64,000 nucleotides of DNA from Veleropilina oligotropha. Its lineage: Eukaryota. Position 1 is the first letter of the stretch. The number at the start of each line of letters is the position of its first letter. The notes beneath the pieces are model-generated. The model was not told the origin of the DNA. It ran no database searches and saw only the letters and a program-made list of their open reading frames with translations. Both the position numbers and the translations under genes were made by a program. Positions 19,414-29,758 of this stretch are shown here, piece after piece. Location: positions 558,001 to 622,000 of the forward strand of contig JBEUKZ010000071.1 of NCBI GenBank assembly GCA_048128005.1. Reading direction: 5' to 3'.

Positions 19414-19734
19414 GGCCGGGAGCCTTCCCGGCGGCCGTGGGCCCCTAGTCTAAACCCCCTAGTCCCCCCCATATTCTGAAATAGTGCTGGGAGCCTTATT
19501 TTTCCATTCTAAAAAGTATACTCACCCCCCCCCCCCTGCTCTGTACACACGGTGACTTTTTGTAATACATTAGCCCTACCCTCGGTCCCGAAATAGGGCT
19601 GGGAGCCTCCCCGGCGGCCGTGGGCCCCTAGTCTAAACTGCCTTAGGGGCTCGTACTACACCACCTCAGTTCTGAAATAGTGCTGGGAGCCTTATTTTCC
19701 CATTCTAAAAAGTCTACTGACCCCCCCTGCTGCT
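19396..19734 (-). repeat. Right terminal inverted repeat
   Basis: Reverse complement of 3940-4286; ends CTGCTGCT followed by CTAGG. Confidence 0.93.
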
Positions 19735-19780
19735 CTAGGAGTCTGGTACATGTAATTGTAGCCGGTATATTTTATTTTTA

Positions 19781-22703
19781 AACTAGATAACAAGTGATGG
19801 GGTGCCATCACAGTGGGCCCCGCTCCACCAATATAACTCGATAAACATTCACATGTGAGCAATAATTGTTATATATGCAAAAATAGAAGATAAATTTACA
19901 TTGACCCATTTGATGAAGCTTATGCTGTTGATACTCCAAAATCATTATGCACTGGATATTTCCAACATAAAAGCTATACATGATGATATTGTGTCAGAGA
20001 CTGTTACCACTCTCACCTTGATGTACCTGTAGTCAGAGACAGACAGAAACTAAACATTAAATCATATGAAAATATGAAAATAGTGAATTATTAATACCAA
20101 ATAGAACGTTTAACCAAAACCAAACAGCTTATCCAAGATTTGTTATGCTAAATTCTCTCCTATGTCGATTAAACATGTGAAATTTACAAACAGCATATTA
20201 ACTAAGATTTTTGCAGCTAAATTATCTCCTATGCCAATTAAACATGTGAAAGTCCTTTCGCTAATCTCAATACAGCATGTAGGAACATTTCCTTGTTCAT
20301 TTATTGCCATACATTCATATCAAATTATGTTAACAAAAGGTTTTTAACCTGGACCTTAACCAAATATGCGACGGACGAAAAAAGTGATCCCTACAGGGCT
20401 CCCTGACGGAGCTTTAATTATGTTTACAGAATGTTTAACCTTGGTTCCTGGACCTTAAGTAAATGTGCGACGGACGTATGGAAAAGGTGATCACTATAGA
20501 GCTCGGACACTGACGGGGCCCTAATAATATTTATGATTCCACACACATTGACCATTTTATGAAGCTTGTATTGGCCATGGGATACAGCTTGCTCTTGATA
20601 CTAGTATGATCAAGAACCCATTGGCTACTGCCAACAGGGAAGCTATGATATTAAATATATTTAGAAGCCCATTTCTTTTCTCGACCAATGAAAACGCAGT
20701 ATTTCTTGTCACTTATTGCCGAAGACTGCAAACTGTCCGGTCTAACTGACCGTCTTAGTGGACTCGAAAAGCACGTGCGCCTCTGTGCAGTGCCATCAGT
20801 GACAAGAGTGGGACAATGAAACATCGAAAGGTGACAGATGGGGTTACAACAAGATGGAAATGAAATCGCGATTAACGAGCATGGCAACAACATTTCAGTC
20901 GTATTCATGTCAATCAACTGTAAATGATGACAATAATGAGTTGAAATATTTATATACAAATTACAACATTATAGATATTTTCTTCCCATTTTTTTCAATT
21001 ATAACTGTTGAAATTGAATCAGGGACAATTATAGACAGTGTTTGATCACGAGAAATGCTCGAAAGCGAGGTATTTTCCAATGCAACATTTTTATACGATT
21101 GTGAAATAGTTTCAGTCTTACATTTTTTCGTACAGGGCTCATCCAGATTGAAATCGTCCAGAATTAAATTAAAGTTTGCCTGACTTTCCAAGCTCAAATC
21201 CATCGTGCAAATACAAGAGTGGATTGCGGGCCACATTCTTTTTATTAGATTGACATGCTAATCTTGTTGCTTTGTTTTGCATAACAATCATTTGTTTGTG
21301 ATACCATTCTCATTATTAGGAATAGGGGTGACAAATAAAATGTTCTCTATCTATATAGTATAATGCTTAAAAGGGAAATTTTAAATATATATATGATACT
21401 TTATATAAAATATATATAAAATTTAAATAATTTGTCAACTTTGGAGAAATAAAATGAGCTTCTAAGTTGGTTAGACTGCAACTTGTCGAGTCTTATGAAA
21501 TAAGTAGTCTCACCCTAACGGGCTCGACTTCTTATTTCATAAGACTCGACAAGTTGCAGTCTAACCCATACATAGCCCCACAACCTGTCACCTTAAGTCT
21601 CACGGCTTACTGTACCTGTAGTAACAACTACAAGCCTAGAGCAAGTCTGACAGAGAGACAAATGACCGAAACAGATAGACATTGAAGATCAATAACGATT
21701 TTCTTTTCAATTAAATTTACAATTAAATTTAAAATTAAATTTACAATTAAATTTAAAATTAAATTTAAAATTTGAAATGTAAAATTTCAATGTATCCATT
21801 AGATAACATTTACAGCTACCATGCATTACAAACATTTAAGTCTGTTAGAATATCAAACATGGCATTAAAACTTTCAAAAATGCTTAGAAATTAAAACTTG
21901 GAATCTTAACCACACTATTTTCTTTTAAATTTCCCGATAAAATTTAAAAAAATGAATCCAATTGGTAACAATTACAATTACCTGTAATAAAACTGCTCCT
22001 TGAAATGATATTCCATCATTTAACATTGTAAAAACTGCTAAAAAAAATTCAAAAATGATTCAATGAGAACCCTTAACCTGGTACCTTAACCAAACTATTT
22101 TCTTTTAAATTTACTGTTAAAAGTTAAAAAAATAAATTCATTTGGTAACAGTTGCAAATACCTTTAATAAAAGTGCTCCTTGAAATGATAACCAAGCATT
22201 TAACTTTGTTAAAAAATCAAACCTGACCATAAAACTTTCAAAAATGCTTCAAGTTGAACCTTTAACCTGGTACCTTAACCATGAAAATTTCTAATAAATT
22301 CGTTCGATATCAACACTCCAGTTTCTGGAATTATCCATAATAATAATATTCAAAGAAGCCTGCGACAAAAAAGTGCCTTTATCAAGCAAACTATACGGAA
22401 AAAGTGAACCATTAATACCAAATACTAGTAGAACGTTTAACCAAACAGCTTAACCAAAATTTTTGAACCTAAATTCTCTCCTATGTCAATTAAACATATG
22501 AAATTCCTTTCGTTAATCTCAATACAGCATTTAGGAACATTCCCTTGTTCATTTATTACCATACATTCATATCAAATTATGTTAACAGAAGGTTTAACCT
22601 GAACCTTAACCAAATGAGCATCGGACGGACGGACGGAAGGACGGACGGAAGGACGGACGGACGGAAAAGGTGATCACTATAGGGCTCCCTGACGGGGCCC
22701 TAA
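19781..22703 (+). mobile_element. Non-autonomous Helentron/HINE-like (Pearl-type) composite element
   Basis: Starts AACTAGA...GGGCCCC, ends (GGAC)n-GGAAAAGGTGATCACTATAGGGCTCCCTGACGGGGCCCTAA; subterminal inverted GGCCCC/GGGGCC, internal repeats, no ORF. Confidence 0.55.
21469..21566. repeat. Perfect 36-bp-stem inverted repeat (copy at ~36353-36450)
   Basis: GGTTAGACTGCAACTTGTCGAGTCTTATGAAATAAG ... CTTATTTCATAAGACTCGACAAGTTGCAGTCTAACC. Confidence 0.85.
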
Positions 22704-23208
22704 CTAGATAAAAAGTAATGGAACACCATCACGGAGGCCCCGCTTTAGCGATCACCAACACGATAAAAATTGTGAAAAGACGAAAGCGACAAACATCATT
22801 GATCAAAGAAACTTTATGTAAACACTCAGCATCGTTTCCTCATCAAACTTCATAAATGCGCATATCAAATTTGAATGAAATCTGTTCAGAACTGTTGACT
22901 GTACTGTGCGCACAAGAAATCTAAATGACTAAACGATGAATCGACTACAGTACACTGTAGCCTCGGTATAACGCGGGTATTGGGGTCCAAGTGGACACGC
23001 ACCGCGTTATAACCGATCCGCGGTATACGAATATTGTCTATTGAAAAGCTGTCATGAATATGCTAATGTCATTGTAATGTGTATATGAGAGGAAAATAAA
23101 TAAAATGATGAATGCAGGAAATATAACATTTATTATAGCTATTTTGAAATGTTATATATATATATATATATATAGTTTATATATATTTACCTGTCTGACG
23201 GGGAAATT

Positions 23209-24627
23209 TTATAAATGTAACTCCGATTGTTTCAACATGTGTTTTAATTTAAATCTGCAATAAAAGCTTTGTTGTCTGTTGTGTTCATAGCGTATTATAC
23301 GGTGAAATTTGGCTGGCAGCACCCCAAACCGGCTAGCGGCCATCAGAAGCAAGCCCCCGACGGATATAATCACAGCCCACAGGTGGTCAGCCAGCCACGA
23401 TGCTGTCTTGCCAACCAAGTTGATAAGCCAGGAAAGCAAGCTGCCAATCATTCCTGGAAGTGCCGCTGCCACCTTCCCCGCTAGTTTGCCTAGAATCCGA
23501 CTCAGGGCTTGCAGCTGCTTTTTGACCCATTCCTTCACGCCTTTACCACTGGGAGGTGGTGGTGTTGGTGCGATGCTCGGCGCTCCGCCTGTCAGGGCTA
23601 GTACCAAAGTCGAGATGGCCATACCAATCGCGGTCAGTATAGTCACGATTGTGACCCCTTGCTTGCGGAATAGGGTCCGGACGCGCTCGGCAAGCGTCGT
23701 GTCTGAGTGGAGTATCCGACTTATCATCTCTCGGATCCGGCTGATTTGAGAGCGAAGGGCTTCCCGGCTTGATGAGGCTGCCTCTAGTCTGGCTTCTCGT
23801 TCATCATTCAAGTTGCGCAGACGTTCCGCGATGCGTCGACGAACGAACTCATCCACACCCCCCTCTTCATCTGCCTGATCGAGCTTCCTCTTCTCCAGGG
23901 CTATGTGGTCGTCCAGCGCCGTTAGCTTGGCCAGGTTGTTCGTGAGTTCGCCTCGGATTGTCTGCATCGCCTTGTCCAGGCCGCGAAGCTCACGAAGATT
24001 TAATGGGGGGTCCCCCATCGTGCCTAAGATCTCATCAACCTCAGCATCTGTGAACGTCGTCTCCATTGTGTGGATTGCTACTGATGCCTCAGTAGCTGTC
24101 TGCCCCAAGTCCCGCAGTTCCACGTTGTCTACGTTGGCCGCCGCACCGCTCAACTCGTTGTCGGCGGTCTGAAAAGCTGCGACGGCTTTTGAGGACATCT
24201 TCTGTCCCCCTTTCCCCCGCTTCTCTGGCCGCTTCCATGCTGCGAACCCCAACCCATCTCTGATCGCTTTACCCCCTTTACGCCGGTTAGCTAGTGTTGT
24301 CAGCAAATTTGGTTTTTTGGACCTAGAATTGATGAGATCGACGTGTGGAAAGTCCTTCAGCCGCAATCCCTCCCCCTCGACATACTCGAACTGGGCATAA
24401 TCACGATACGGGGGCGGGGTCTGCCCCTCCTTCGACAGGGCTTCATAGTAGCCATCCACTGCATCTTTCACGAGCTCTTGCCGAAGATCGCTGGTTCCTT
24501 CCTGTGGCGACCGGTTGGCGGATCTATCCACATCAATATCGTCGATGATGGTATCATCGTTGTCGATGAGATCATCATTGTCGATGAAATCATCAAGCTC
24601 GAATGCGGGGTTCGGGAATTCTGCCAT
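23209..24627 (-). CDS. Copy 2 of the coiled-coil membrane protein, with a 32-aa read-through tail
   Basis: Identical to 8419-9741 but the stop codon is lost at the duplication junction. Confidence 0.7.
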   Translation of the reverse strand: MAEFPNPAFELDDFIDNDDLIDNDDTIIDDIDVDRSANRSPQEGTSDLRQELVKDAVDGYYEALSKEGQTPPPYRDYAQFEYVEGEGLRLKDFPHVDLINSRSKKPNLLTTLANRRKGGKAIRDGLGFAAWKRPEKRGKGGQKMSSKAVAAFQTADNELSGAAANVDNVELRDLGQTATEASVAIHTMETTFTDAEVDEILGTMGDPPLNLRELRGLDKAMQTIRGELTNNLAKLTALDDHIALEKRKLDQADEEGGVDEFVRRRIAERLRNLNDEREARLEAASSSREALRSQISRIREMISRILHSDTTLAERVRTLFRKQGVTIVTILTAIGMAISTLVLALTGGAPSIAPTPPPPSGKGVKEWVKKQLQALSRILGKLAGKVAAALPGMIGSLLSWLINLVGKTASWLADHLWAVIISVGGLLLMAASRFGVLPAKFHRIIRYEHNRQQSFYCRFKLKHMLKQSELHL

Positions 24628-24670
24628 TTGAATACAACCCGCTGGGTACGCATCTAATTCAGCCAACAAC

Positions 24671-25975
24671 ATGGCCAGCCTCTACGGACGCACGCTTGAT
24701 CCATACCGCAGACTTCGAGAGCCCCTCGGGGTCAAGGGTATCCGCCAGTCGGTCACCATAACCAACAACCCATCCACCATCGCCGCAAACCAACAGCTGC
24801 TGGTCAGGTTTCCCAATCTCGGGATTCATGACATGATCGTACCAGGGACTGCCCACCTCGCATTCACCATTTCTCTGACCTCGGCTAACCCGAACAGGAC
24901 CGTAGTTCAGAACATCGGACGCGCCGTGGTCAAAAAGACCACGATCAAGATCAGTGGCAATGAGATCTTGTCTATAGACGACTCCGACGTGTATCACTGC
25001 TACTGCGATCTCTGGAAGACACCACAGGAACGTAACAGCGCCCACTATCAGGGGATTGATACTAGCGACGGACGCAACGCTACGAAGAATCGTGTCGGCG
25101 CTGAGGGCGCATTCAGACGTTCTGAGGACACGGCCATCTCGGACGATTACGGTCCGAGGTTCCGCATCCCGCTGGATTTAGAGTTGCTGGAGAGCCATAT
25201 GCCGTTCTACCAAAGTGCCCTTGGAGACCGTCTTGAGTATGAGCTCACCTTCAATGATCACTCAAGGACGATCCGGGACACCGATGACCCCAGTTCCAGC
25301 TACAGCATCGACAACATTAGCCTTGAGTATGACATGGTCACCCAGGTAGATCTGGCCAGGCTAATTCGTAACCAGTACTCGGGCCGTATCGCCATCCTCT
25401 ACGACCGTGTGCTCCGGTATCGTAAGCTCACCAGGGACAAAAGCGATACTTTGTGGAATTTGAACGTGAACGTACCGGCGCGATCAATGAAAGGAATTCT
25501 ACTTCTGTTCGAGGATCCCGCGAGAGACGCCGCACCATTTGCCAGGGACACTGAGGCCTTCTACAACCCGAAAATTACCAGTGTGGAGATCACTATTGAG
25601 GGCGTGCCGAATCAAATCTTCAGCGCTGGCATGCGTTCCCACCAGATGTGGGACGAAGCCAGGAAGCTGTTCGCCTCCAATCCGATCAGCAAGCGCAATC
25701 CTGAGGTGGCGTTGGTTGCAAAATCCTTGGCTTTGGCAGACGTGACCCTGGGCCAGTTCTTAACGAAGAAGTTTGCTTTATGGATCGATTTGCGGGTAAC
25801 TGACGACGATCAGCTGCACGGATCAGGCCGGAAAGTAGATAACGGCAGCGAAGGCATCACCATCCAGATAACTAAGATAGGCGAGGCAGCCGGCCCGTTG
25901 AACGTTTATCAGTACATCGTTATGGACGCGCAGCTCAATATCGAAAATGGCCGATTCGTCACCGCGCTGTACTAG
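24671..25975 (+). CDS. Major capsid protein, copy 2
   Basis: Identical translation to 9785-11089. Confidence 0.8.
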   Translation: MASLYGRTLDPYRRLREPLGVKGIRQSVTITNNPSTIAANQQLLVRFPNLGIHDMIVPGTAHLAFTISLTSANPNRTVVQNIGRAVVKKTTIKISGNEILSIDDSDVYHCYCDLWKTPQERNSAHYQGIDTSDGRNATKNRVGAEGAFRRSEDTAISDDYGPRFRIPLDLELLESHMPFYQSALGDRLEYELTFNDHSRTIRDTDDPSSSYSIDNISLEYDMVTQVDLARLIRNQYSGRIAILYDRVLRYRKLTRDKSDTLWNLNVNVPARSMKGILLLFEDPARDAAPFARDTEAFYNPKITSVEITIEGVPNQIFSAGMRSHQMWDEARKLFASNPISKRNPEVALVAKSLALADVTLGQFLTKKFALWIDLRVTDDDQLHGSGRKVDNGSEGITIQITKIGEAAGPLNVYQYIVMDAQLNIENGRFVTALY

Positions 25976-26579
25976 ACGGTTTCCGCACCCCAAGGACCCC
26001 CACTCCGCGATCATCTGCGGCCAGACTGGCTGCGGGAAGACCTTGTTTATACTTGAACTGCTGAAAGGGGTCTATCGAGGGGTGTTCAGGCATATTGTGA
26101 TCCTCTGCCCCACGATCAAGTTCAACAAGGCATACCAGTCCTGTCCGTGGATCTGGACTGACCCGGAGGTGTACATAATCCCCCCTGGTGAGCGACTCCA
26201 TGACTGGTTGCAGGGGTTCTACCGGCTTTTCCAGGGGGAGTCGACTCTGTACATAATCGACGACTGCGCCGCCAGCAAAGCCCTCGCCAAAAAACTGGAC
26301 ATGCTGACTGAGCTGGCTTTTAGTGGAAGGCACGCCTCCCAGAGTGTGTGGGTGGTGACGCAGAAATACAACGCAGTCCTGAAGGAGCTGCGAGAGCAGA
26401 CCCGCTTTGTCGTTTTGTTTCATTGCAAGGACCGCGACAGCTTCGAAGACTGTCTTCGCGAGAACGATGTCATAGGGTCGCAAGATGAACGAACCGCGGT
26501 GCGCCGGCTGTTGGCCGAGACCAAACATGCCAAGCTGCTGTTAAAGACCGATCAGCCCGTTGCTTATAGTGTGGAGTAG
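25947..26579 (+). CDS. Packaging ATPase, copy 2
   Basis: Identical translation to 11061-11693. Confidence 0.92.
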   Translation: MADSSPRCTRRFPHPKDPHSAIICGQTGCGKTLFILELLKGVYRGVFRHIVILCPTIKFNKAYQSCPWIWTDPEVYIIPPGERLHDWLQGFYRLFQGESTLYIIDDCAASKALAKKLDMLTELAFSGRHASQSVWVVTQKYNAVLKELREQTRFVVLFHCKDRDSFEDCLRENDVIGSQDERTAVRRLLAETKHAKLLLKTDQPVAYSVE

Positions 26580-26611
26580 CATCTGCCTAGCATCTACGTA
26601 GCTAGCTAGGC

Positions 26612-27394
26612 ATGTCTGACACTGTATACATAGCTTTTGCTTGCAGCCAAAGCCTGATGTTGCTGTTACTCGTGGGGGGGTGGTACTGGCTGTACTGTTA
26701 TATTAGACCCCTCCGAAGATGTTGGCAACGACTCAGGATGGACAGTCTTATCGATCAACTCCTAGATGACGAGGAAGAAACGACCGTGGGCGGTCTGCGT
26801 CCCACTGGCTCGACGACCGAACGCTGCTCGCAGCACGAGGAACCTGTCAGTGGCTCCATAGGGATGACAAAGAAGCGGGAGAGGCTTGCCGCGTTAGCGA
26901 TTGGAGGGCAGGCATGCAAATACTTGGGGAGCAACCTCACAGTTGACCGAATCGACGCTATGACCGACGAAGAGATTGACAAGCACCATGCTCGGTACGA
27001 AGCGAGGTTAGGTGCGGAGATGACGAAGACTCTGGGGACTGCCGCTATACAGCTTTATGCGGGTGCAGCTGGGATGTTCTTGCCCATTCCACCGGAGAAC
27101 CAACCACGTCTGGTCGCTGACCTCGAGGCCGACCCTTTCATCTCACATGCGCTCCGCGGTGCAAACTGTGAGCTGTATTATAAGTACGGCATGTACCTGG
27201 CGCCGCTGACCGCAGTGTTGACCACGGCGAAGCACTGCCGATTTGGACACGTCTGCCCGCCTAAGATACCAGAGCGAGGGCGAGATCAAGATGACAACGC
27301 CGGAAGTGGACCAAATTTCGGCACCGAACCCGCCGATAGAGAGGGTGACCCAGCCGATAGAGAGGGTGACCTCTTCTTCGGGGCAGGACCCTAA
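26612..27394 (+). CDS. Hypothetical viral protein, copy 2
   Basis: Identical to 11726-12508. Confidence 0.65.
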   Translation: MSDTVYIAFACSQSLMLLLLVGGWYWLYCYIRPLRRCWQRLRMDSLIDQLLDDEEETTVGGLRPTGSTTERCSQHEEPVSGSIGMTKKRERLAALAIGGQACKYLGSNLTVDRIDAMTDEEIDKHHARYEARLGAEMTKTLGTAAIQLYAGAAGMFLPIPPENQPRLVADLEADPFISHALRGANCELYYKYGMYLAPLTAVLTTAKHCRFGHVCPPKIPERGRDQDDNAGSGPNFGTEPADREGDPADREGDLFFGAGP

Positions 27395-27791
27395 GAAGGT
27401 GGCTGCAGGGAGGGCCGGTGCTGCTGCTCGAAAAGCCAAGCAGGAGAGGCTACTTGCCGAGGTTCGAAAACTTAAGGAAGACACCCGCACAGTTCCAGAA
27501 CCACCGGAGGCACAACCCCAACAAAAACACAGTGGTGCCCCGGCCGAGGTGACCGCGGTCGAAAACGCAGTACAGTCAGATACGCGGAAATCGGACCCCA
27601 CCCCCACCCCAGCATTTAATTGGACCCATGGACTCTTTGCTGCAGGCGGGGTAGCGTTGCTATTTCTTGTCTGGAAACGCAGCAGTGGTACATCCACACC
27701 ACATCAACAGCCACCAGCACAGGCGAGGCAGCCTACCACCCGGGCCACCATCGAATTGGAGACTAGGCCCAACCCCTTCCATATGCGATAG
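27291..27791 (+). CDS. Basic TM protein, copy 2
   Basis: Identical to 12405-12905. Confidence 0.68.
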   Translation: MTTPEVDQISAPNPPIERVTQPIERVTSSSGQDPKKVAAGRAGAAARKAKQERLLAEVRKLKEDTRTVPEPPEAQPQQKHSGAPAEVTAVENAVQSDTRKSDPTPTPAFNWTHGLFAAGGVALLFLVWKRSSGTSTPHQQPPAQARQPTTRATIELETRPNPFHMR

Positions 27792-27802
27792 AGCAGTACA
27801 AC

Positions 27803-28041
27803 ATGACTACCCCGATTACTGACGGAAAGATGCTCGGCAACGCCGTCTATCACTCGGCCATAGTATCAGGCCTCGCCATAGGCTACGCACGCCTGGGAAA
27901 AATGGTATTCAAGGGGCGAGCCCCAAGCTGGACTTCACGGGTTACGACGTGGGAATGGTCGTCCTCGACGTAGCGCTCGCCATGGCGACGAAGGATTTGC
28001 TGATCAAACAAGGCATCATCCCCGCCGACATATTGAAGTAG
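27803..28041 (+). pseudogene. Frameshifted small hydrophobic protein, copy 2
   Basis: Same sequence and same G-run shift as 12917-13155. Confidence 0.6.
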
Positions 28042-28059
28042 TGGGACCTGCTAGATTTA

Positions 28060-28491
28060 ATGGCTTCCGTAGCGATGCTGGTTGGGGGCGCTCTCGTTAA
28101 CGCCCTCGCCTTCAGCGGGTCGAACTTCCTGTTCTCGAAGCTACGCAGCTCAGGTGTTGATGAGGAGCATAAACGACACGACAAAGCCGTAGAGCAGCTC
28201 CAGGCCGCTCAGACTACGTGGGACCACAAGAGGGCAGAGCGGCTCGATTGGCTTAACGTTGAACTTCGCCGCCAGGGTCATGCCGTTGGCACATTCCGGG
28301 ATGTTGACGCCGCGATCCGTGAGTATGCAATGATCACCGGCAAGAACCTTGACCCCGGCCTGGGGGGTGGCCCTGAGCCCCAGCTGTCTGACTACTACAC
28401 CCCGAGCGAAGACCAGAAGGGACGTGAGATCACTTTCGTCATCCTTGGGATGGCTGCGACCGGGTTGGTAGCCTACAAGCTCCTACCCTAA
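28060..28491 (+). CDS. Small membrane protein, copy 2
   Basis: Identical to 13174-13605. Confidence 0.78.
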   Translation: MASVAMLVGGALVNALAFSGSNFLFSKLRSSGVDEEHKRHDKAVEQLQAAQTTWDHKRAERLDWLNVELRRQGHAVGTFRDVDAAIREYAMITGKNLDPGLGGGPEPQLSDYYTPSEDQKGREITFVILGMAATGLVAYKLLP

Positions 28492-28528
28492 TTTCCAGTG
28501 GACATTTTTTTCGTGGACATGTATACTA

Positions 28529-29758
28529 ATGGGGCTCCCAGAAGAGCTGTACTTTGCCTTGCTAGAGGTGGGCCTTGGTACTACGTCACTCGACTGCTGG
28601 CGGCGCAACGAAAAGACTATGGTGCGGTTCGCGGTCCTGGTGCTCTCGGGCCCGACCAACCTACGGGGGACGACTGGGCAGCGACCGGCTCCGGAAGCTG
28701 AAGCCTGTTGGAGACTGATCAGTTTACTTGACGCTAAAGAACTCGACCGGAAGCTTGCGAATAGCTACTACAGCCCCCGAGGCTACTGGAAAGGGATCGC
28801 CGCGATAAAACATCTCTCGGCCGCAGTAGATGTCTCTGAAGACGTGGCCCGGGATTGGCTGAAGAAGCAGGCCATCTGGCAAATCTATTTACCTGCGCCA
28901 CGGCGGATTCCAAGACCAAAATTCGACGTCGTAACGCCGAACGAGGTTCACCAAGCCGACCTCCTGTTTCTGCCCCATGACACAGTGGGCTTGGCACGAA
29001 AGCAACGGAGCTACAAGTATGCGCTGACGGTTGTTGACGTCGCCTCACGCTACAAAGAGGCTGAGCCTCTGGCCACAAAAGAGGCCAAAGGGGTTGCTGA
29101 AGCTCTGTCTCGAATCTACAGGCGGAGTCCTCTTAGCTGGCCGAAACTGCTTCAAGTCGACCCAGGGAGGGAGTTTATGGGCGCAGTCTCCCAGCTGCTG
29201 GCTACAAATAACGTCGAGGTTAGGCGTGGCCGTGTGGATATTCATCGCGACCAAGGGATCGTGGAGCGCTTCAACCGGACGCTCGCTGAGCGGCTCTTCG
29301 GGCACCAGTATGCAACAGAGATGCGTTTCGCAGGGACTGCAAAAGAGGGTCAAAGGTCGACTGAGTGGGTGGCCAGGCTGCCCGCCGTTGTTGCGGCCTT
29401 GAATGGGGAAGTGACCCGCCTCACCGGTAAAAAGCCCAAGGACGCCATCAAGGCGCCTCGCGTTGTACAAAATCCCTCTTCCACTGTTCCAGGCCGACAG
29501 GGGAAGGAACAGAAACTCCCCTCAGGCGTTGGTGTTCGTTACCTTTACTACGATGGTGAGCTGGAGGGGGGTCGTCGCCGTGCCACTGACCCGGTGTGGT
29601 CTCTAAAAGTTCACAGGCTTGGACGCTCCATCGCTAAACCTGACGAGCCTGTGCTCTACTACTTGCTCGATGGACCACCGCGTGGGTTTGTTCGAGAGGA
29701 ACTTCTCGTGGTGCCTCGTGACACCCAGCTGCCGCCGGTTGGAGTTCTCAAACGTTGA
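28529..29758 (+). CDS. rve integrase, copy 2
   Basis: Identical translation to 13643-14872 (one synonymous T/C at 14641 vs 29527). Confidence 0.92.
   Translation: MGLPEELYFALLEVGLGTTSLDCWRRNEKTMVRFAVLVLSGPTNLRGTTGQRPAPEAEACWRLISLLDAKELDRKLANSYYSPRGYWKGIAAIKHLSAAVDVSEDVARDWLKKQAIWQIYLPAPRRIPRPKFDVVTPNEVHQADLLFLPHDTVGLARKQRSYKYALTVVDVASRYKEAEPLATKEAKGVAEALSRIYRRSPLSWPKLLQVDPGREFMGAVSQLLATNNVEVRRGRVDIHRDQGIVERFNRTLAERLFGHQYATEMRFAGTAKEGQRSTEWVARLPAVVAALNGEVTRLTGKKPKDAIKAPRVVQNPSSTVPGRQGKEQKLPSGVGVRYLYYDGELEGGRRRATDPVWSLKVHRLGRSIAKPDEPVLYYLLDGPPRGFVREELLVVPRDTQLPPVGVLKR

Larger units (their letters stand above)
3940..19734. mobile_element. Complete endogenous Polinton-like virus (Maverick/Polinton/MELD-type), 15,795 bp
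   Basis: Termini AGCAGCAG...CTGCTGCT, ~340-bp TIRs, flanking CTAGG direct repeat (3935-3939, 19735-19739), gene-dense intronless GC-richer interior with MCP, penton, packaging ATPase, integrase and PolB motifs. Confidence 0.95.

Noticed and set aside
3940..19734. Bacterial prophage or contaminant contig
   Set aside because: TIRs, TSD, rve integrase and continuity with spliceosomal UBA2 exons on both sides indicate a eukaryotic integrated element
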